From: Candidatus Azotimanducaceae bacterium
GTDB taxonomy: Bacteria > Pseudomonadota > Gammaproteobacteria > Pseudomonadales > Azotimanducaceae
DNA: 64,000 nucleotides
Direction: 5' to 3'
Assembly (NCBI GenBank): GCA_965243175.1
Contig: OZ251532.1
Coordinates: 2,041,464 to 2,105,463 of the forward strand
Part shown: positions 53,032 through 63,927 of the stretch, piece after piece
Layout: the number at the start of each line of letters is the position of its first letter
Position numbering within the stretch: position 1 is the stretch's first letter
Made by a program: the position numbers and the translations under genes
The notes under the pieces: model-generated
The model's database searches: none
Told to the model about the DNA's origin: nothing
What the model saw: the letters and a program-made list of their open reading frames with translations, nothing else

Positions 53032-54051
53032 TCAGACCCCGAGGCGTTGGTGCATGATGGGGCTGGTGGTGGTGTATTGGAGGTGAACTTTTTCGTCTGG
53101 GTTCAGGCGGGCCTTGATGGCGAAGGCGGCGAGGGCGGCTTCGTGGAAGCCGGAGAGGATGAGCTTCTTCTTGCCGGGGTAGGTGGCGATGTCGCCTACC
53201 GCGTAGATGCCGGGGATGTTCGTCTCGAAGCGTTCGGTGTCGGTGGGGATCTGGTTCTTGTCGAGGTTCAGGCCCCACTCGGCGATGGGGCCGAGTTTCG
53301 GGGAGAGGCCGAAGAAGACCAAGGCGTGGTCGATGTCGAGTCGCGTGGTGGAGCGGTCCGGGTGGCGGATTTCCACGCTCTGAAGCGCGCCGTCGCTTGC
53401 CTCGAAGCTAACGCAGTTGCCGATCATGAAGGTCAGGTGCCCTTCGGCTTCGAGTGCGCGCATCTTGGAAACCGTTGCGGGGGCGGCGCGGAATTTGTCG
53501 CTGCGGTGTACCAGGGTGAGGGATTGCGCGGCGGGGGCGAGTTCCACGGTCCAGTCGAAGGCGGAGTCGCCGCCGCCTAGCACGAGCAGGCGCTTGCCGT
53601 GGTGGTCTTGGGGGTTGCGCACGCGGTAGAAGACCTGGCTGTCCACGAAGGCGTCGATGCCCTCCACGCGCAGCGGCATCGCTTGGAAGGCGCCCACGCC
53701 GCCCGCGATCACGACTGCGCCAGCGTCGAACGTTTCGCCCTTGCTCGTCGCCACGTGGAAGCGGCCGCCGTCCATGGGCGCCACTTCCGTCACCTGGCTC
53801 TCCAAGTGGAAGACCGGCGCGAAGGGTTCGATCTGCTTCATCAAGCGATCCACGAGTTCCTGCGCATCGCAGACCGGGATGGCCGGAATGTCGTAGATGG
53901 GCTTGTCTGGATAGAGTTCGGCGCACTGTCCGCCGGGCGCGACCATCGCGTCCACGACGTGCGCTTCGATGCCCAGCAGGCCGAGTTCGAATACTTGGAA
54001 CAGCCCGCACGGGCCGCCGCCGACAATGACGACATCCGTGTGAATGGTCAA
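53032..54051 (-). CDS. Thioredoxin-reductase-type ferredoxin-NADP(+) reductase
   Basis: DVVIVGGGPCGLF, GGQCAELYPDKPIYDIP, LVLGGGDSAFDW, YAVGDIATYPGK. Confidence 0.88.
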   Translation of the reverse strand: MTIHTDVVIVGGGPCGLFQVFELGLLGIEAHVVDAMVAPGGQCAELYPDKPIYDIPAIPVCDAQELVDRLMKQIEPFAPVFHLESQVTEVAPMDGGRFHVATSKGETFDAGAVVIAGGVGAFQAMPLRVEGIDAFVDSQVFYRVRNPQDHHGKRLLVLGGGDSAFDWTVELAPAAQSLTLVHRSDKFRAAPATVSKMRALEAEGHLTFMIGNCVSFEASDGALQSVEIRHPDRSTTRLDIDHALVFFGLSPKLGPIAEWGLNLDKNQIPTDTERFETNIPGIYAVGDIATYPGKKKLILSGFHEAALAAFAIKARLNPDEKVHLQYTTTSPIMHQRLGV

Positions 54052-54128
54052 TGCGATCTCCTTACGTTCTTGCGTTCATTCGCTTGCGGTTGGGTTCTTG
54101 TCGAAACAGAACTGCGAAGAGCGGATCT

Positions 54129-56096
54129 TCAGTCGATGTAGCCGCGCTTTCTCAGCAGTTCGACGATGCGTTCGGCGCAGCCTTCCACGTCCAGCGTGTT
54201 CGTCGCCAACACCAAGTCCGGCGATGGCGGCGCCTCGAACTCCGCGTTCACGCCGGGCAGGTTCGCTTCGCCCCGGTCCGCCGCGGCGTAGAGGCCGTCC
54301 GAGTCGCGTTCGCGCAGAACGGCCATCGGCGCGGTGAGGAACACTTCCAGAAAACGCGGTTCGCCGATGGCAAGCCGGGCGCGTTCGCGGACGGATTCTT
54401 CCGGCGCCACGAAAGCCGTGAGGCAGATGAGCCCGGCGTCGTTCATCAGTCGCGCCGTTTCCGAGGCGCGCCTGATGTTCTCCGAGCGTTCGCGGGGCGA
54501 GAAGCCGAGGTCGCGGCTGATGCCTAGGCGGAAGCTCTGGCCGTCGAGCACGGTGGCGAGGCGGCCGAGGTCGAAGAGCTTGCGCTCCACGGCATGGGCG
54601 ATGGCCGTCTTGCCGACCTTGGCCAAGCCGGTCAGCAGCACCGTTGCCGGGCGCTGGCCCAGCCGCGCTTCCCGTTCGTGGCTCGCGACGCGGCTGGTCG
54701 CGGCGCGCAGCTGGCCGTGCGGCGCTTCGTCCCAGGCCGCGGTGACGGAACCGTGCGGCGGCAACGCCATGCCAGCGCCCACCGTGGCGTTCGTCAGCCG
54801 GTCGATGAGGATGAGGCTGCCGAGGCCGCGGTTCTCCTGGTACGGGTCGAAGGCCACCGGCTCGGTGAGCTTCAGTTCGCCGCGGCCGATTTCGTTCAGC
54901 GCCAACTGCGTCGCCGTTTCGTGGCGCAGCGTGTCCACGGCCACCCGGTAGCGAATCGCCGAGACCGTTCCCGGCACCTGTCGCGCGCCTTGCTTGACGA
55001 GATATTCCCGGCCCGGCAGGAGCGGAGTTTCGGACATCCACACCAGCATGGCGTCGAAGCGGTCGGCCACGAAGGGCAGTTCGTCGGGCGCCGCCAGCAC
55101 GTCGCCACGGCTCACGTCGATGTCGTCGGCCAAGGTGAGGGTGACGGCCATCGGCGCGAAGGCGGCTTCGCGGTCGCCGTCGAAGGTGGCGATGCGTTCC
55201 ACCGTGGTGGTCTTCCCCGAAGGAAGCGCGGTCACCGCATCCCCTGGCCGCACCACGCCGCCCGCCACCGAACCGCTGTAGCCGCGGAACTCGGCGTTCG
55301 GGCGGTTCACCATCTGCACCGGAAAGCGGAAATGGTCGCTGGCGCGGTCGGTCTGAACGTGGATGTTCTCCAGCAGATGCATCAGCGTCGCGCCCTGGTA
55401 CCACGGCATGTTGGCGGATTTATCCACCACGTTGTCGCCGCGCAGGGCCGAGATCGGCACGAAGTGCAGATCGTGTACGGAAAGCTGGGAGGCGAACGCC
55501 GCGTAGTCCGAACGAATGGCGTCGAAGACCTCCTCCGAGTAGCCGACGGCATCGAGCTTGTTCACCGCCGCGATCAAGTGGCGAATGCCGAGCAGGTTGG
55601 CGATGAAGGTGTGGCGACGGGTCTGCGGCAGCACACCGTTGGTGGAGTCGATCAGAATCACGGCCACGTCGCACGTGGAGGCGCCGGTGGCCATGTTGCG
55701 CGTGTACTGTTCGTGGCCGGGGGTGTCGGCGATGATGAACTTGCGCTTGGCGGTGGAGAAGTAGCGGTAGGCCACGTCGATGGTGATGCCCTGTTCGCGT
55801 TCGGCCTGCAGGCCGTCCACGAGCAACGCCAGATCGACGCCGCCGCGTTGCGTTCCGGTGGTCTTGCTGTCGCGGCGCACGGCGGCGAGCTGATCTTCGT
55901 AGATCATCTTGGAATCGTGCAGCAGGCGCCCGATCAACGTGCTCTTGCCGTCGTCGACGCTGCCGCAGGTGAGAAAGCGCAGGATTTCCTTGCGCTCGTG
56001 CCGCGCCAGGTAGGCGTGGATGTCCAGCGCTTCCGCGACACCCGGCGAAGAACCGCTCGCCGGCGCTGGGTCCGCAATCACCCGCATCGAGCACAT
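54129..56096 (-). CDS. cysNC: Bifunctional sulfate adenylyltransferase subunit 1 / adenylyl-sulfate kinase (CysN-CysC fusion)
   Basis: GTPase motifs [28 protein letters not shown]-terminal APS kinase P-loop [18 protein letters not shown] overlap with cysD. Confidence 0.92.
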   Translation of the reverse strand: MCSMRVIADPAPASGSSPGVAEALDIHAYLARHERKEILRFLTCGSVDDGKSTLIGRLLHDSKMIYEDQLAAVRRDSKTTGTQRGGVDLALLVDGLQAEREQGITIDVAYRYFSTAKRKFIIADTPGHEQYTRNMATGASTCDVAVILIDSTNGVLPQTRRHTFIANLLGIRHLIAAVNKLDAVGYSEEVFDAIRSDYAAFASQLSVHDLHFVPISALRGDNVVDKSANMPWYQGATLMHLLENIHVQTDRASDHFRFPVQMVNRPNAEFRGYSGSVAGGVVRPGDAVTALPSGKTTTVERIATFDGDREAAFAPMAVTLTLADDIDVSRGDVLAAPDELPFVADRFDAMLVWMSETPLLPGREYLVKQGARQVPGTVSAIRYRVAVDTLRHETATQLALNEIGRGELKLTEPVAFDPYQENRGLGSLILIDRLTNATVGAGMALPPHGSVTAAWDEAPHGQLRAATSRVASHEREARLGQRPATVLLTGLAKVGKTAIAHAVERKLFDLGRLATVLDGQSFRLGISRDLGFSPRERSENIRRASETARLMNDAGLICLTAFVAPEESVRERARLAIGEPRFLEVFLTAPMAVLRERDSDGLYAAADRGEANLPGVNAEFEAPPSPDLVLATNTLDVEGCAERIVELLRKRGYID

Positions 56097-57004
56097 CAGA
56101 AGTAGCCCTCGCGCTTCTTGCGTTCCATCGACCCGCTCACGTCGTGGTCGATCAGGCGCCCTTGGCGCTCCGAATGCCGCGCCACCAGCATTTCCTGGAT
56201 GATCTCGGGCAGCGTCGCCGCGGTGGATTCGATGGCGCCGGAGAGCGGATAGCAGCCGAGGGTGCGAAAGCGGACGCTGCGCTGCATCGGCTTCTCCCCA
56301 TCCCGAAGCGGCATGCGGTCGTCGTCCACCATGATGAGCATGCCGTCGCGTTCCACCACCGGGCGCTGCGCAGCGAAGTAGAGCGGCACGATTTCGATGT
56401 TCTCCAAGTAGACGTACTGCCAGACGTCCAGTTCGGTCCAGTTGGAGAGCGGAAAGACGCGCACTTCCTCGCCAGCGTCGATGTTGCCGTTGTAGAGGTT
56501 CCAGAGTTCCGGGCGCTGGCTCTTCGGTTCCCAGCGATGGTTGCCGTCGCGCACCGAGTAGACGCGCTCCTTCGCCCGCGACGCTTCTTCGTCGCGCCGC
56601 GCCCCGCCGAAGCAGGCGTCGAAGCGGTGGATGTCCAAGGCGTCCTTCAACGCCTGGGTCTTCATGATGTCCGTGTACTTGCGGCTGCCGTGGGTGAACG
56701 GCGTCACGTTCGCCTCGCGCCCGGCTTCGTTGGTGTGGACGATCAGGTTCAAGCCGAACTCGCGGGCGATGCGGTCGCGGAACGCGATCATGTCGCGGAA
56801 CTTCCACGTCGTGTCCACGTGCAGCAGCGGAAACGGCAGCGGGCCGGGGAAGAACGCCTTGCGGGCGAGATGCAGCAGCACCGACGAATCCTTGCCGATC
56901 GAATAGAGCAGCACCGGCCGCTCGAACTCCGCCGCCACCTCGCGGATGACGTGGATGCTCTCGGCCTCGAGTTGCTTCAGATGCGTGAGCGCGTAGCCGG
57001 ACAT
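56096..57004 (-). CDS. cysD: Sulfate adenylyltransferase subunit 2
   Basis: [64 protein letters not shown]. Confidence 0.95.
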   Translation of the reverse strand: MSGYALTHLKQLEAESIHVIREVAAEFERPVLLYSIGKDSSVLLHLARKAFFPGPLPFPLLHVDTTWKFRDMIAFRDRIAREFGLNLIVHTNEAGREANVTPFTHGSRKYTDIMKTQALKDALDIHRFDACFGGARRDEEASRAKERVYSVRDGNHRWEPKSQRPELWNLYNGNIDAGEEVRVFPLSNWTELDVWQYVYLENIEIVPLYFAAQRPVVERDGMLIMVDDDRMPLRDGEKPMQRSVRFRTLGCYPLSGAIESTAATLPEIIQEMLVARHSERQGRLIDHDVSGSMERKKREGYF

Positions 57005-57114
57005 GGGTCGGTGAAGGCGGCGTTCCTAGGGGCGCGTATCGTAGCAACCGCCGGCGCGACTTCTTATTGCGATGTCGCTATATGCTTAGGGCGCTACTGA
57101 TAGGAATGACGCCG

Positions 57115-57330
57115 ATGAGCAACACCTTTACGGCGATCTTGGAGCGGGATGGCGACTGGTACGTCGCCTATAGCCCCGAAGTGCCGGGCGCGAACGGCCA
57201 AGGCCGATCGAAGCAGGAGGCGCGGGCGAGCTTGGCCGAAGCCATCGAGCTGATCTTTCTGGATCGCCGGGAAGATGCCCTGCGCGGCCTCCCTGACGAT
57301 GCGGAACGCGACACGGTAGCCGTTGGATGA
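57115..57330 (+). CDS. hicB: HicB-family antitoxin (short, UPF0150-like)
   Basis: MSNTFTAILERDGDWYVAYSPEVPGANGQGRSKQEARASLAEAIELIF. Confidence 0.72.
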   Translation: MSNTFTAILERDGDWYVAYSPEVPGANGQGRSKQEARASLAEAIELIFLDRREDALRGLPDDAERDTVAVG

Positions 57331-57375
57331 GCGCCGAGATAGCCAGGTGATGCTGATTGAAGGTTGAATGAAGAG
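57289..57375 (+). repeat. Direct repeat copy 1 (hicB 3' end, spacer and hicA start)
   Basis: Aligns with 59399-59484 at roughly 80% identity by eye. The first 37 nt differ at 2 positions. Confidence 0.75.
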
Positions 57376-57476
57376 AAACGCTTCTGCTGCGTCATCTCCG
57401 GCGTCACGGCTGCTATCTCAAGCGCGAGGGTTCGGCGCACTCCCTCTCCGTACGCCTGCGGCAGGCCAAGACGACA
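57368..57476 (+). pseudogene. hicA: hicA toxin relic (frameshifted after about 5 codons and 3'-truncated)
   Basis: ATG AAG AGA AAC, then the HicA-like sequence LLLRHLRRHGCYLKREGSAHS continues one frame over. That HicA frame is closed by the tga at 57369-57371, which overlaps the ATG. No HicA C-terminal half follows before the terminator. Confidence 0.5.
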
Positions 57477-57509
57477 GAAGGCCCGGCGCCTTTCGGGGGC
57501 CGGGCCTTC
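57477..57509. terminator. Strong GC hairpin between the convergent hicBA relic and the secreted-protein gene
   Basis: gaaggcccggc (57477-57487) pairs with gccgggccttc (57499-57509), followed by ttggttg. Confidence 0.6.
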
Positions 57510-57558
57510 TTGGTTGTAGTCGGAGGGTTGGCGCCGTCGTGCGAATCGCCGCTTGGGC

Positions 57559-59172
57559 CTAGTTGTCCACGTAGGTGTTGTTCACCAGCACGCCCGCGGT
57601 GCTGCGAGTGAGTTGCTGGACGGAGATGTCGCGGGTCGAGTGGATGGTGCAGGACATCCGGCCGCTCTCCCAGACGCCTTCCCCGAGGTCCAGCGCGTCG
57701 CTCAGATCCTCGGCGGTCAGCACCAGGGTGGAGCGCCCCTGCACCGGTTCCGCCACCTGCTTGAAGTAGGACATGCCGTCCTGGTCGTCGCACTCCAGGT
57801 ACAGCGTGCAGGGCGTGGAGCCCTTGCAGTTGACGCGCACCGTGCCGGAGTCGCCAGCGCGCTGCGGCGGAATCGCGTAGGCGATCTGCATGTCCTCGGT
57901 CAGCGTGTAGCGCGTCGTGTGCCTGTTCTCGAACGGAAAGCGCGCACCTTGGTACTCGAAGTCGACCTTGTCCGCAACCGTCGCGCTATCGGTCGTCAGC
58001 GTGAGGGTGGTGCGGTACTCCCCTGGGCGCAAGGCGTCCGTGCCGTTCGGAAGGTAGTAGAGACTTCTGGTGGCCACGCCTTCCTCGCGGTCCAGCTCGC
58101 CCGCTTCGCCGTCCAGCGCGTTGGGGTTGCCGGCCACGTAGTCGAGGCGGAACGACTCCTGCATCGAGCCGTCGGCCTGCAAGTCCAAGTCCTCGCCGGC
58201 GCCCGGCATTCGGTCGCCGTCGAGGTCGAGGAACACCACGTCGCCGTCGCGGAAGTCGCCCGTCACGGTGACGTTCAGGTCGCCGCGACCATCGCCCCGC
58301 CGGCCAAGACTGAACGGCCTGCCGTCGCGCTGCAGAATACAGGAGACTCCACCATAGGGAGCGGTTCGGCTAGTACACAGGTTGGCACCCGACCTGCCCA
58401 CCCGGACTATGGCCAAGTGGGCTCGGCCTGGTGCGGTGAAGCCGGTGCGGCCGGCCGCCAAGTCGATTTCCGAGCTCGTCGCGTTCACGAAGCGGCCGTT
58501 CTGAGTGCCGGCGCCGAGTACTTCGACACGCAACGCCTCTAAGTATTCGACGAGGTTTCCTTGCTCATTGCCTGAGGGATCTCGAACGATCGTGGTGATT
58601 TCCTCGCCCGCACTCAAGGTCGGCCAGCCGCTGCCAGCCGGTGCATCCACCGCCAGTTTCGCCAGTACCGGCTTGGTGTTGTCCAAACCCGTGAGCGCCG
58701 GCAATGCGAGAGTGAAGCCGGCACGGCGCGTGACCGGCTGCGGCGACACGGCGCAGTCGCCGCTGTCGCCGGAGGAACGAGGGACGGTTTCGACAGTGAA
58801 CGTCGCGCTGGCGGTGCCAGCTTCGCTGTCGACGCTCCTCACGCGCGTGTCGCATTGAGCGACTCCCGGAAAAGTCAGCGCCAGAGCGCTGCCGCGGACG
58901 GCTCGGGCAAACTTCGCGTTGACCAACGTGAACGTCAGGTCGATGGTGTCGTTCCGATCGATCAAGTCGACTTCGTCGTCCGTCAGAACAACGCCGGCCC
59001 CCACCTGTGGTCGCACGCCTTGGAAGTCGATCACGACATCCCCCGACGTGACGGACTCCGTCGCAAAGGTTTTCGGACTCACAGCGCCCACGCTCCACTC
59101 CGCGGCCGACGCAACGGGCGCGAACGCCAGCAAGGCCGCGGCGAAGGCCGCCCAAATGGAACTTCTAGCCAT
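57559..59172 (-). CDS. Secreted protein of unknown function (537 aa)
   Basis: Signal peptide MARSSIWAAFAAALLAFAPVASAAEW. No family recognised. Confidence 0.7.
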   Translation of the reverse strand: MARSSIWAAFAAALLAFAPVASAAEWSVGAVSPKTFATESVTSGDVVIDFQGVRPQVGAGVVLTDDEVDLIDRNDTIDLTFTLVNAKFARAVRGSALALTFPGVAQCDTRVRSVDSEAGTASATFTVETVPRSSGDSGDCAVSPQPVTRRAGFTLALPALTGLDNTKPVLAKLAVDAPAGSGWPTLSAGEEITTIVRDPSGNEQGNLVEYLEALRVEVLGAGTQNGRFVNATSSEIDLAAGRTGFTAPGRAHLAIVRVGRSGANLCTSRTAPYGGVSCILQRDGRPFSLGRRGDGRGDLNVTVTGDFRDGDVVFLDLDGDRMPGAGEDLDLQADGSMQESFRLDYVAGNPNALDGEAGELDREEGVATRSLYYLPNGTDALRPGEYRTTLTLTTDSATVADKVDFEYQGARFPFENRHTTRYTLTEDMQIAYAIPPQRAGDSGTVRVNCKGSTPCTLYLECDDQDGMSYFKQVAEPVQGRSTLVLTAEDLSDALDLGEGVWESGRMSCTIHSTRDISVQQLTRSTAGVLVNNTYVDN

Positions 59173-59398
59173 GACTCGACTCCTCCAAAACGCAGTGCGT
59201 CAAGCATACTTGAAACCGAATCGGCCTTGGCGACCGCCGCGCACTTTGTTGCTGGTCGTAGAGTAGGCAAGGGCGCGGAGAGCCGCCGCCGACATCTCCT
59301 GCCGAACCGCCGACGCCAGGGTGCGCGACAAAACGCAGGTCAGCCGCCATGCGCTGGCCCGATCGGCACGGTGCTTGATGCCTACCAGCCGTCGTACG

Positions 59399-59484
59399 CT
59401 CCCTGACGACGCGGAACGCGACACGGTAGCTGTTGAGTGAGCGGACGAGAGCCACTTGCGGCTGATCGAAGGTTCAACGAAGGG
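59399..59484 (+). repeat. Direct repeat copy 2: relic of a hicB 3' end (LPDDAERDTVAVE*) and a hicA start mutated ATG to ACG
   Basis: ctccctgacgacgcggaacgcgacacggtagctgttgagtga... aligns with copy 1. It abuts the gatB stop. Confidence 0.75.
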
Positions 59485-60918
59485 CTACTCCAAAGCCGCC
59501 CGAAGCAACTCGTTCACTTGGCGCGGGTTGGCTTTGCCGCCGGTCGCCTTCATCACCTGGCCGACGAAGAAGCCGAGCAGCTTGGTCTTGCCGGCTCGGT
59601 AGTCGGCCGCTTGGGCCGGGTGCGCCGCGACGGTTTCCGCGACCAGCCGCGAGAGTTCGTCGGCGTCGTTCATCTGCTTCAGGCCGCGGCTCTCGATGAG
59701 CGCGTCGACGTCCTCGCCTTCGCCGCGCCACAGCAGTTCGAACAGCGACTTGGCGATCTTGCCGGTGATGGTCTGGTCGGCGATGCGGCGCAGCAGCGCG
59801 CCAAGCTGCTCCGGCGTCACCGGGATGTCCGCGATGTCCTTCTCGTCGCGGTGCAGGGCCGCGGCGACATCGCCCATCATCCAATGCGCCGCCGCCTTGG
59901 GTTCGGCGCTCGTTTCGGCAAGCGCCTCGAAATAGGCGGCGGTCTTCGGGTCTCCGGCCAGATGGCCGGCTTCGTAGTCCGTCAGTCCGAACTCCGCGCC
60001 GTAGCGTTCGCGTTTCGCGTCCGGCAACTCCGGCAGCGCCTCCCGGGCCGCTTGCAGCATCGCTTCGTCCACCGCCACCGGCAGCAGGTCGGGGTCGGGG
60101 AAGTAGCGGTAGTCGTCCGAAAGCTCCTTGCCGCGCATGGGCCGCGTCTCGTCGCGCGCCGCATCGTAGAGCAGCGTCTCCCGGCGCACTTCGCCGCCGG
60201 ACTCCAGCAGCTCGATCTGCCGGTCGATCTCGAAGCGCAGCGCCCGCTCCAGAAAGCGGAACGAGTTCAGGTTCTTGATCTCGGTGCGCTCGCCCAGGGC
60301 GGCACCGGGCCGCCGCACGGAGACGTTGGCGTCGCAGCGCATGGAGCCTTCGTTGAGGTTGCCGTCGCAGATGCCGAGATAGAGCACCAGCGTGCGCAGA
60401 GCGCGGAAGTAGGCGACGGCTTCCTCCGGCTTGCGCAACTGCGGCTCGCTGACCACTTCGAGCAGCGGCGTACCGGCGCGGTTGAGGTCGATGGCCGTGC
60501 GTCCGGGGTAGTCCTCGTGCAGCGACTTGCCGGCGTCTTCTTCCAAATGCGCCCGGGTCAGCGCGATGCGGCGGACGCCCTCCCCGGCGTCGATGGAGAC
60601 GCTGCCGCCAGCGACGATGGGTTCGTCGAACTGGCTGATCTGATAGCCCTTCGGCAGGTCGGGATAGAAGTAGCTTTTGCGGTCGAAGCGGCAGCGCTCG
60701 GCGACTTCGCCGCCCACCGCAAGGCCGAACAGCACGGCGTGGCGCACCGCTTCCTCGTTCAGCACCGGCAACACCCCGGGCAGCGCCAGGTCGACCGCGC
60801 ACGCCTGGGCGTTCGGCGCCGCGCCGAAGTCGGTGGCGGCGCCGGAGAACAGCTTCGAGCGCGTGCGCAGCTGCACATGCACTTCCAAGCCGATGACGCT
60901 CTCCCAATCGCCGTTCAC
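59485..60918 (-). CDS. gatB: Asp/Glu-tRNA amidotransferase subunit B
   Basis: WESVIGLEVHVQL, FDRKSYFYPDLPKGYQISQ, NLNSFRF, KTKLLGFFVGQVMKATGGKANP. GTG start after SD ggagga. Confidence 0.93.
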   Translation of the reverse strand: MNGDWESVIGLEVHVQLRTRSKLFSGAATDFGAAPNAQACAVDLALPGVLPVLNEEAVRHAVLFGLAVGGEVAERCRFDRKSYFYPDLPKGYQISQFDEPIVAGGSVSIDAGEGVRRIALTRAHLEEDAGKSLHEDYPGRTAIDLNRAGTPLLEVVSEPQLRKPEEAVAYFRALRTLVLYLGICDGNLNEGSMRCDANVSVRRPGAALGERTEIKNLNSFRFLERALRFEIDRQIELLESGGEVRRETLLYDAARDETRPMRGKELSDDYRYFPDPDLLPVAVDEAMLQAAREALPELPDAKRERYGAEFGLTDYEAGHLAGDPKTAAYFEALAETSAEPKAAAHWMMGDVAAALHRDEKDIADIPVTPEQLGALLRRIADQTITGKIAKSLFELLWRGEGEDVDALIESRGLKQMNDADELSRLVAETVAAHPAQAADYRAGKTKLLGFFVGQVMKATGGKANPRQVNELLRAALE

Positions 60919-62372
60919 GATGTTTCCTCCGGCGGCAGTCGAAGATGCCAGTCGGTCTCGCGTTGGAACGCTTCCGCCAAGTCGAGCAGCACCCCCTCGC
61001 CGAAATGCGGCGCGATGAGCTGCATCCCAACCGGCAGACCGGCTTCGAAGCCGCACGGTACGCTGAGCGCTGGCAGGCCAGCCAAGCTCGCCGGCACGGT
61101 GAACACGTCCTGCTTGTACATCGCCGTCGGGTCCTGCGTCGCGTCCTCCGCATCGGCGCGAGCAAACGCGGTGGTCGGCGTCGTCGGCGCGAGTATCGCG
61201 TCCACCTCGCGGAACACGTCGAGGAAGTCCTGGCGCACCAGTCGGCGCAGCCGCTGCGCCTTGCGGTAGTAGGCGTCGAAATAGCCGACCGACAACGTGT
61301 AGGCGCCGGTGAGGATGCGCCGCTTCACTTCGGTGCCGAAGCCTTCGCTGCGCGAACGGCAGAAGAGATCGTCCAAGTCGGCTGCGTCGGACGCCCGGTG
61401 GCCGTAGCGCACGCCGTCGTAGCGGGAGAGATTGGTGGAGGCTTCCGCGCCCGCGATCACGTAGTACGCGGGCGCAGCGTAGGCGGAGTGCGGCAGCGAA
61501 ACGTCGCGCAGCTCGTGGCCCATGCCTTCGAGCACCTTCGCCGCGTCTTGCAGAACGCCGCCAAGGGAAGCGTCCAGCGCCCGCTGATACTCGCTCGGGA
61601 TGCCGATAAGTCGCGGCTGTGAAGGCGTGGCGGCGGGTGTCGGCGGTTCGTTCGCGCAAGTGGAATCGCGCCGGTCGTGCCCTTCCATGAAACGCAGCAG
61701 CGTTCGCAAGTCGGCAGCGCTCCGCGCCATCGGCCCGCCCTGGTCGAGGCTCGACGCGAACGCCACCATGCCGTAGCGCGAAACGCGCCCGTAGGTCGGC
61801 TTCAGGCCGGAGATGCCGCAGAAGGCGGCTGGTTGGCGTATCGAACCGCCGGTATCCGTACCGGTCGCTGCCACGGCCAGCCCGGCCGCCACCGCCGCCG
61901 CGGAACCGCCCGAAGAACCGCCAGGCACCCGCTCGGCGTTCCACGGGTTGGCGACCGGCCCGAAATGGCTGGTTTCGTTGGACGACCCCATCGCGAACTC
62001 GTCCATGTTGGTCTTGCCGAGGGTCACGGCGCCGGCCGCCGCAAGGCGTTCCACCACTGTGGCGTCGTAGGGCGAGACGTATTCGGCGAGCATTCTCGAA
62101 CCGCAGGTGGTGGCGATGCCGGCGGTGCAGAACACGTCCTTGTGCGCGATCGGCACGCCGAGCAGGTCGCGGAAACCCTCCTTCGCGATTGCCGCATCCG
62201 CTTGCCGCGCCGCGGCCAAGGCTTCTTCTTCGCAGACGGTGATGAAGCTGTTGGTGCGGTCGTCGCGAATGCGCCGCAGATAGTCGCGCGCGAGTTCCTC
62301 CGCGCCCACCGCCTTGTCGCGCAGGGCGGCGCAGACATCGTGCAAAGTGGCGAACGGCGGCGGTTCGTTCAC
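60915..62372 (-). CDS. gatA: Asp/Glu-tRNA amidotransferase subunit A
   Basis: Amidase signature [17 protein letters not shown]...[26 protein letters not shown]. Confidence 0.93.
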   Translation of the reverse strand: MNEPPPFATLHDVCAALRDKAVGAEELARDYLRRIRDDRTNSFITVCEEEALAAARQADAAIAKEGFRDLLGVPIAHKDVFCTAGIATTCGSRMLAEYVSPYDATVVERLAAAGAVTLGKTNMDEFAMGSSNETSHFGPVANPWNAERVPGGSSGGSAAAVAAGLAVAATGTDTGGSIRQPAAFCGISGLKPTYGRVSRYGMVAFASSLDQGGPMARSAADLRTLLRFMEGHDRRDSTCANEPPTPAATPSQPRLIGIPSEYQRALDASLGGVLQDAAKVLEGMGHELRDVSLPHSAYAAPAYYVIAGAEASTNLSRYDGVRYGHRASDAADLDDLFCRSRSEGFGTEVKRRILTGAYTLSVGYFDAYYRKAQRLRRLVRQDFLDVFREVDAILAPTTPTTAFARADAEDATQDPTAMYKQDVFTVPASLAGLPALSVPCGFEAGLPVGMQLIAPHFGEGVLLDLAEAFQRETDWHLRLPPEETS

Positions 62373-62686
62373 TCGACCACCCGCGGCACCAGATAGAGAC
62401 CGTCGCGGGCGTCGGGCGCCAAGCGCTGGAACCGCTCGCGGTCCACCGCCTCGGTCACGGCGTCGGAACGCAGCGGCTGGGTCGCGGCGACCGGGTGCGC
62501 TTGGTCCGCGGCCAGCACGCCGTCCAAGGGATGCGCCAACGGCGCCACGCCGTCCGTGTTCGCCGCCTGCATAGCATCGACGAAGCCGACGATGCGTTCG
62601 AGGTCGGCTTCGAGCCGAGCGCGTTCGGGCGGCGGAAGCGTCAACGCCGAAAGGCGCAGCAGCTTGTCGATGGTGCGGGCGTCCAA
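62369..62686 (-). CDS. gatC: Asp/Glu-tRNA amidotransferase subunit C
   Basis: [42 protein letters not shown] start 6 nt after AAGGAG. Overlaps the gatA start. Confidence 0.85.
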   Translation of the reverse strand: MDARTIDKLLRLSALTLPPPERARLEADLERIVGFVDAMQAANTDGVAPLAHPLDGVLAADQAHPVAATQPLRSDAVTEAVDRERFQRLAPDARDGLYLVPRVVE

Positions 62687-62842
62687 TCGGTTCTCCTTCG
62701 CTCCGGCGCAACCGGCGGACGCCCACACAGGGGTTCTTCGCACGGGAAGAATCGGCGCAAGTCGAACGCTTTCGCGCGAGCGTTGCGGCCAACAACCATG
62801 TTATGGTTGAACGACAGTGCGCTGTCAATAACAAAGCACGGC

Positions 62843-63889
62843 ATGTTCAAAAATCTGCGAGGGATGTGGTCGCGCGATCTGGCCATCGACCTCGGTACCG
62901 CCAACACCCTCGTCTATGCGCGTGGCCGGGGCATCATCCTGGACGAACCGTCCGTGGTCGCGTATCGGGAGGAAGGCCATCGCCATCGCGTGGTCGCGGT
63001 CGGCATCGACGCCAAGGTCATGCTCGGCCGCACGCCGACGAACATCAAGGCCGTCCGCCCGTTGAAGGACGGCGTCATCGCCGACTTCGACGTCACCGAG
63101 CAGATGCTCAAGCACTTCATCAACAAGGTGCATGGCATCCTGCGCAAGAACTCCCTCTTCCGCCCCAGCCCCCGCGTGCTGGTGAGCGTTCCCTGCAAGT
63201 CCACGCCGGTGGAACGCCGCGCCATCCGCGAATCCGCGCAGTCCGCCGGCGCCAGGGACGTGCGCCTCATCGAAGAACCAATGGCCGCGGCGCTCGGCGC
63301 CGGGCTGCCGGTGAGCAAGGCCGTCGGCACGCTGGTGGTGGACATCGGCGGCGGCACCACGGAGATCGCCGTCATTTCGCTCGGCGGCGTCGTCTATTCG
63401 GACACCGTGCGCGTCGGCGGCGACCGCTTCGACGAAACCATCGTCAACTACGTCCGGCGCACCAAGGGCATTCTCATCGGCGAAGACATGGCCGAGCGCA
63501 TCAAGAAGGACATCGGCGTCGCCTACGAGCAGAAGGAAACCCGAGAGGTCAAGGTGCGCGGCCACAATCTGGCGCTCGGCGTTCCCAGAGCCTTCACGCT
63601 GGACGAAGGCGACATCCTCACCGCGCTGCGCGACCCGCTGACGATGATCGAACAGGGCGTCAAGAACGCCTTGGAAGCGACTCCGCCGGAGCTCTCGGCC
63701 GACATCGCCGAGACCGGCATGGTGCTCACCGGCGGCGGCGCCCTGCTTTCCGACCTGGACCGGCTGCTGGCCGAATCGACCGGCCTGCCGGTCATCGTCG
63801 CCGAAGACCCGCTCACCTGCGTTGCCCGCGGCGGCGGCAAGGCACTCGAAGACTTCGATGCCTATTCCGGCCTGCTGCGGGTCGATTGA
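62843..63889 (+). CDS. mreB: Rod-shape-determining actin homologue MreB
   Basis: [58 protein letters not shown]. Confidence 0.95.
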   Translation: MFKNLRGMWSRDLAIDLGTANTLVYARGRGIILDEPSVVAYREEGHRHRVVAVGIDAKVMLGRTPTNIKAVRPLKDGVIADFDVTEQMLKHFINKVHGILRKNSLFRPSPRVLVSVPCKSTPVERRAIRESAQSAGARDVRLIEEPMAAALGAGLPVSKAVGTLVVDIGGGTTEIAVISLGGVVYSDTVRVGGDRFDETIVNYVRRTKGILIGEDMAERIKKDIGVAYEQKETREVKVRGHNLALGVPRAFTLDEGDILTALRDPLTMIEQGVKNALEATPPELSADIAETGMVLTGGGALLSDLDRLLAESTGLPVIVAEDPLTCVARGGGKALEDFDAYSGLLRVD

Positions 63890-63927
63890 CGAGGCCGCGC
63901 CCGCTTCCGCCAAGCGCCGCCAAGGCC

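Noticed and set aside
56097-57047. N-terminal extension of the cysNC ORF (the 972-aa ORF 54129-57047)
   Set aside because: The extension is the cysD region read in another frame. The GTPase domain begins just after ATG 56094-56096, which overlaps the cysD stop (ATGA).
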